From Balanoglossus misakiensis (taxonomy: Eukaryota; Animalia; Hemichordata), in assembly GCA_040954595.2 (NCBI GenBank), contig CM082594.2, positions 2,126,247 through 2,190,246 of the forward strand: DNA of 64,000 nt, in the 5' to 3' direction. The notes beneath the pieces are model-generated. The model had not been told where the DNA came from and did not search any database. It saw only the letters and a program-made list of their open reading frames with translations. Each line of letters starts with the position of its first letter. Within the stretch, counting starts at the first letter, position 1. Position numbers and translations under genes: made by a program. Below, one piece after another: positions 62,919 through 64,000 of this stretch.

Positions 62919-64000
62919 TGTACGCGTTTACCTGTAGAAGCAAGAATTACCTCTCCATAAGATGATATAGCAGGTTTATACCATCAGGGACAAACTCCTA
63001 TACGAAGAAGTACGAAGCCCCGATCAAACAACGATAATATTTCATTAGATTACAATGTTGCTACTAAACTGGATTTTATAAGCATTCTTTTATTTCATGA
63101 CAATTAATTTTATGGCAGAATGGACACAGCCAAAAAAAATTGCCGTTTGAGCATTATTCAACTCTTTCCGCCACAGAAATGCATATCCCCGCAACGAATC
63201 TACTTCAGTCTTGCTGCAAAACTTTGTGATATTGAAATGCGTCCGCGTATAGAAAATCCTGTGGACGCGACGCTAATGACATCGTCGCTCTGCTTGGCGA
63301 CGTGTCGTAATAGAGACTATACGAAGCTACAAACATAAAACTACACGGAAAAATATACTTACCTCTTACTGCTTAGCTTTGAAAGTGTGCAGCGAAAGCT
63401 TACATGCATCTGCACGGATGAATTCTTTAATGTTTGTGCACGAATTTTATAAATACTGTCACGATGTGTGTTATTTAAAAACTACAGGAAAGTTTTTTTT
63501 TAAATAGTTTATATTAGAAAATGAAAATTTAAAAAAAATAGTAGTTATACAGAAGAATGCTGGTTGATTTTTTTTTTCGGTTTATTAATGCCACGCGTAC
63601 AACTGCTGAACATATAATTCTGACGTTGTTATGTCCAAGTCCCGTTTTCAATTGCAGCTTACTTAACTCATGTTAATAGATATCAAATATTCACTTTTCT
63701 TAATGGAAGCGTCATTGCATTTAGCATTCGTTTTAGTACTCTTGACTGTATTGGTACTAACCATGCAACGAACCAAGAATTACCAAAAAGGAAACCAAGA
63801 GAGATTGGAAACCACATATGCTTAATATATAGAAGGTTGGCCATCACAGATGTCTTGCACGTTTCTAGATGACTGGTCCAAGCACAACAGAAATCGCATC
63901 TTTCAGCTGGGTCTCCGTGAAATGAAATGGCACCGGGAACTGAACTGGTTTTTACACGAAGGCTGGGCAAAAACTGCCATTAACAAACGCACAATACCAG

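Larger units (their letters stand above)
58698..63600 (+). repeat. Segmental duplication, copy 2 (partner 20165-24440)
   Basis: Homology starts directly after the (CT)n tract and ends near GCCACGC(G/A)TACA. Confidence 0.93.

Overview
Intron-rich, TE-dense eukaryotic DNA; an invertebrate animal is inferred from the gene and TE content. No prokaryotic, CRISPR, rRNA or tRNA features were seen. All protein identities below are by-eye recognition of motifs, not database hits. Genes: an intact six-exon TMEM220 (47144-49926, +); an incomplete NCF4/p40phox-like gene (PX-SH3-PB1 exons, 24583-28459, -); two decayed copies of the INTS1 3' end (14880-21193 and 58750-60319); two damaged copies of an unknown multi-exon secreted Cys-containing protein gene; three in-phase exons of an unknown gene (343-1998); an SLC16-like fragment. 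A ~4.3-4.9 kb segmental duplication links 20165-24440 to 58698-63600. Mobile DNA: a DIRS/PAT-like tyrosine-recombinase retrotransposon (gag, RT-RNaseH-methyltransferase, YR); a 5'-truncated CR1-type LINE inserted inside an INTS1 exon; Helentron-like elements; many nested TIR elements (TTA/TAA, TTAA, 5-bp and 6-bp TSDs) and a foldback element. Most unusual: a 3-kb array of 13 purine-rich exon-like modules separated by near-identical 79-nt introns with textbook splice signals (41635-44599), and a stack of four Helentron-type 5' hairpins with compensatory changes (57255-57425).
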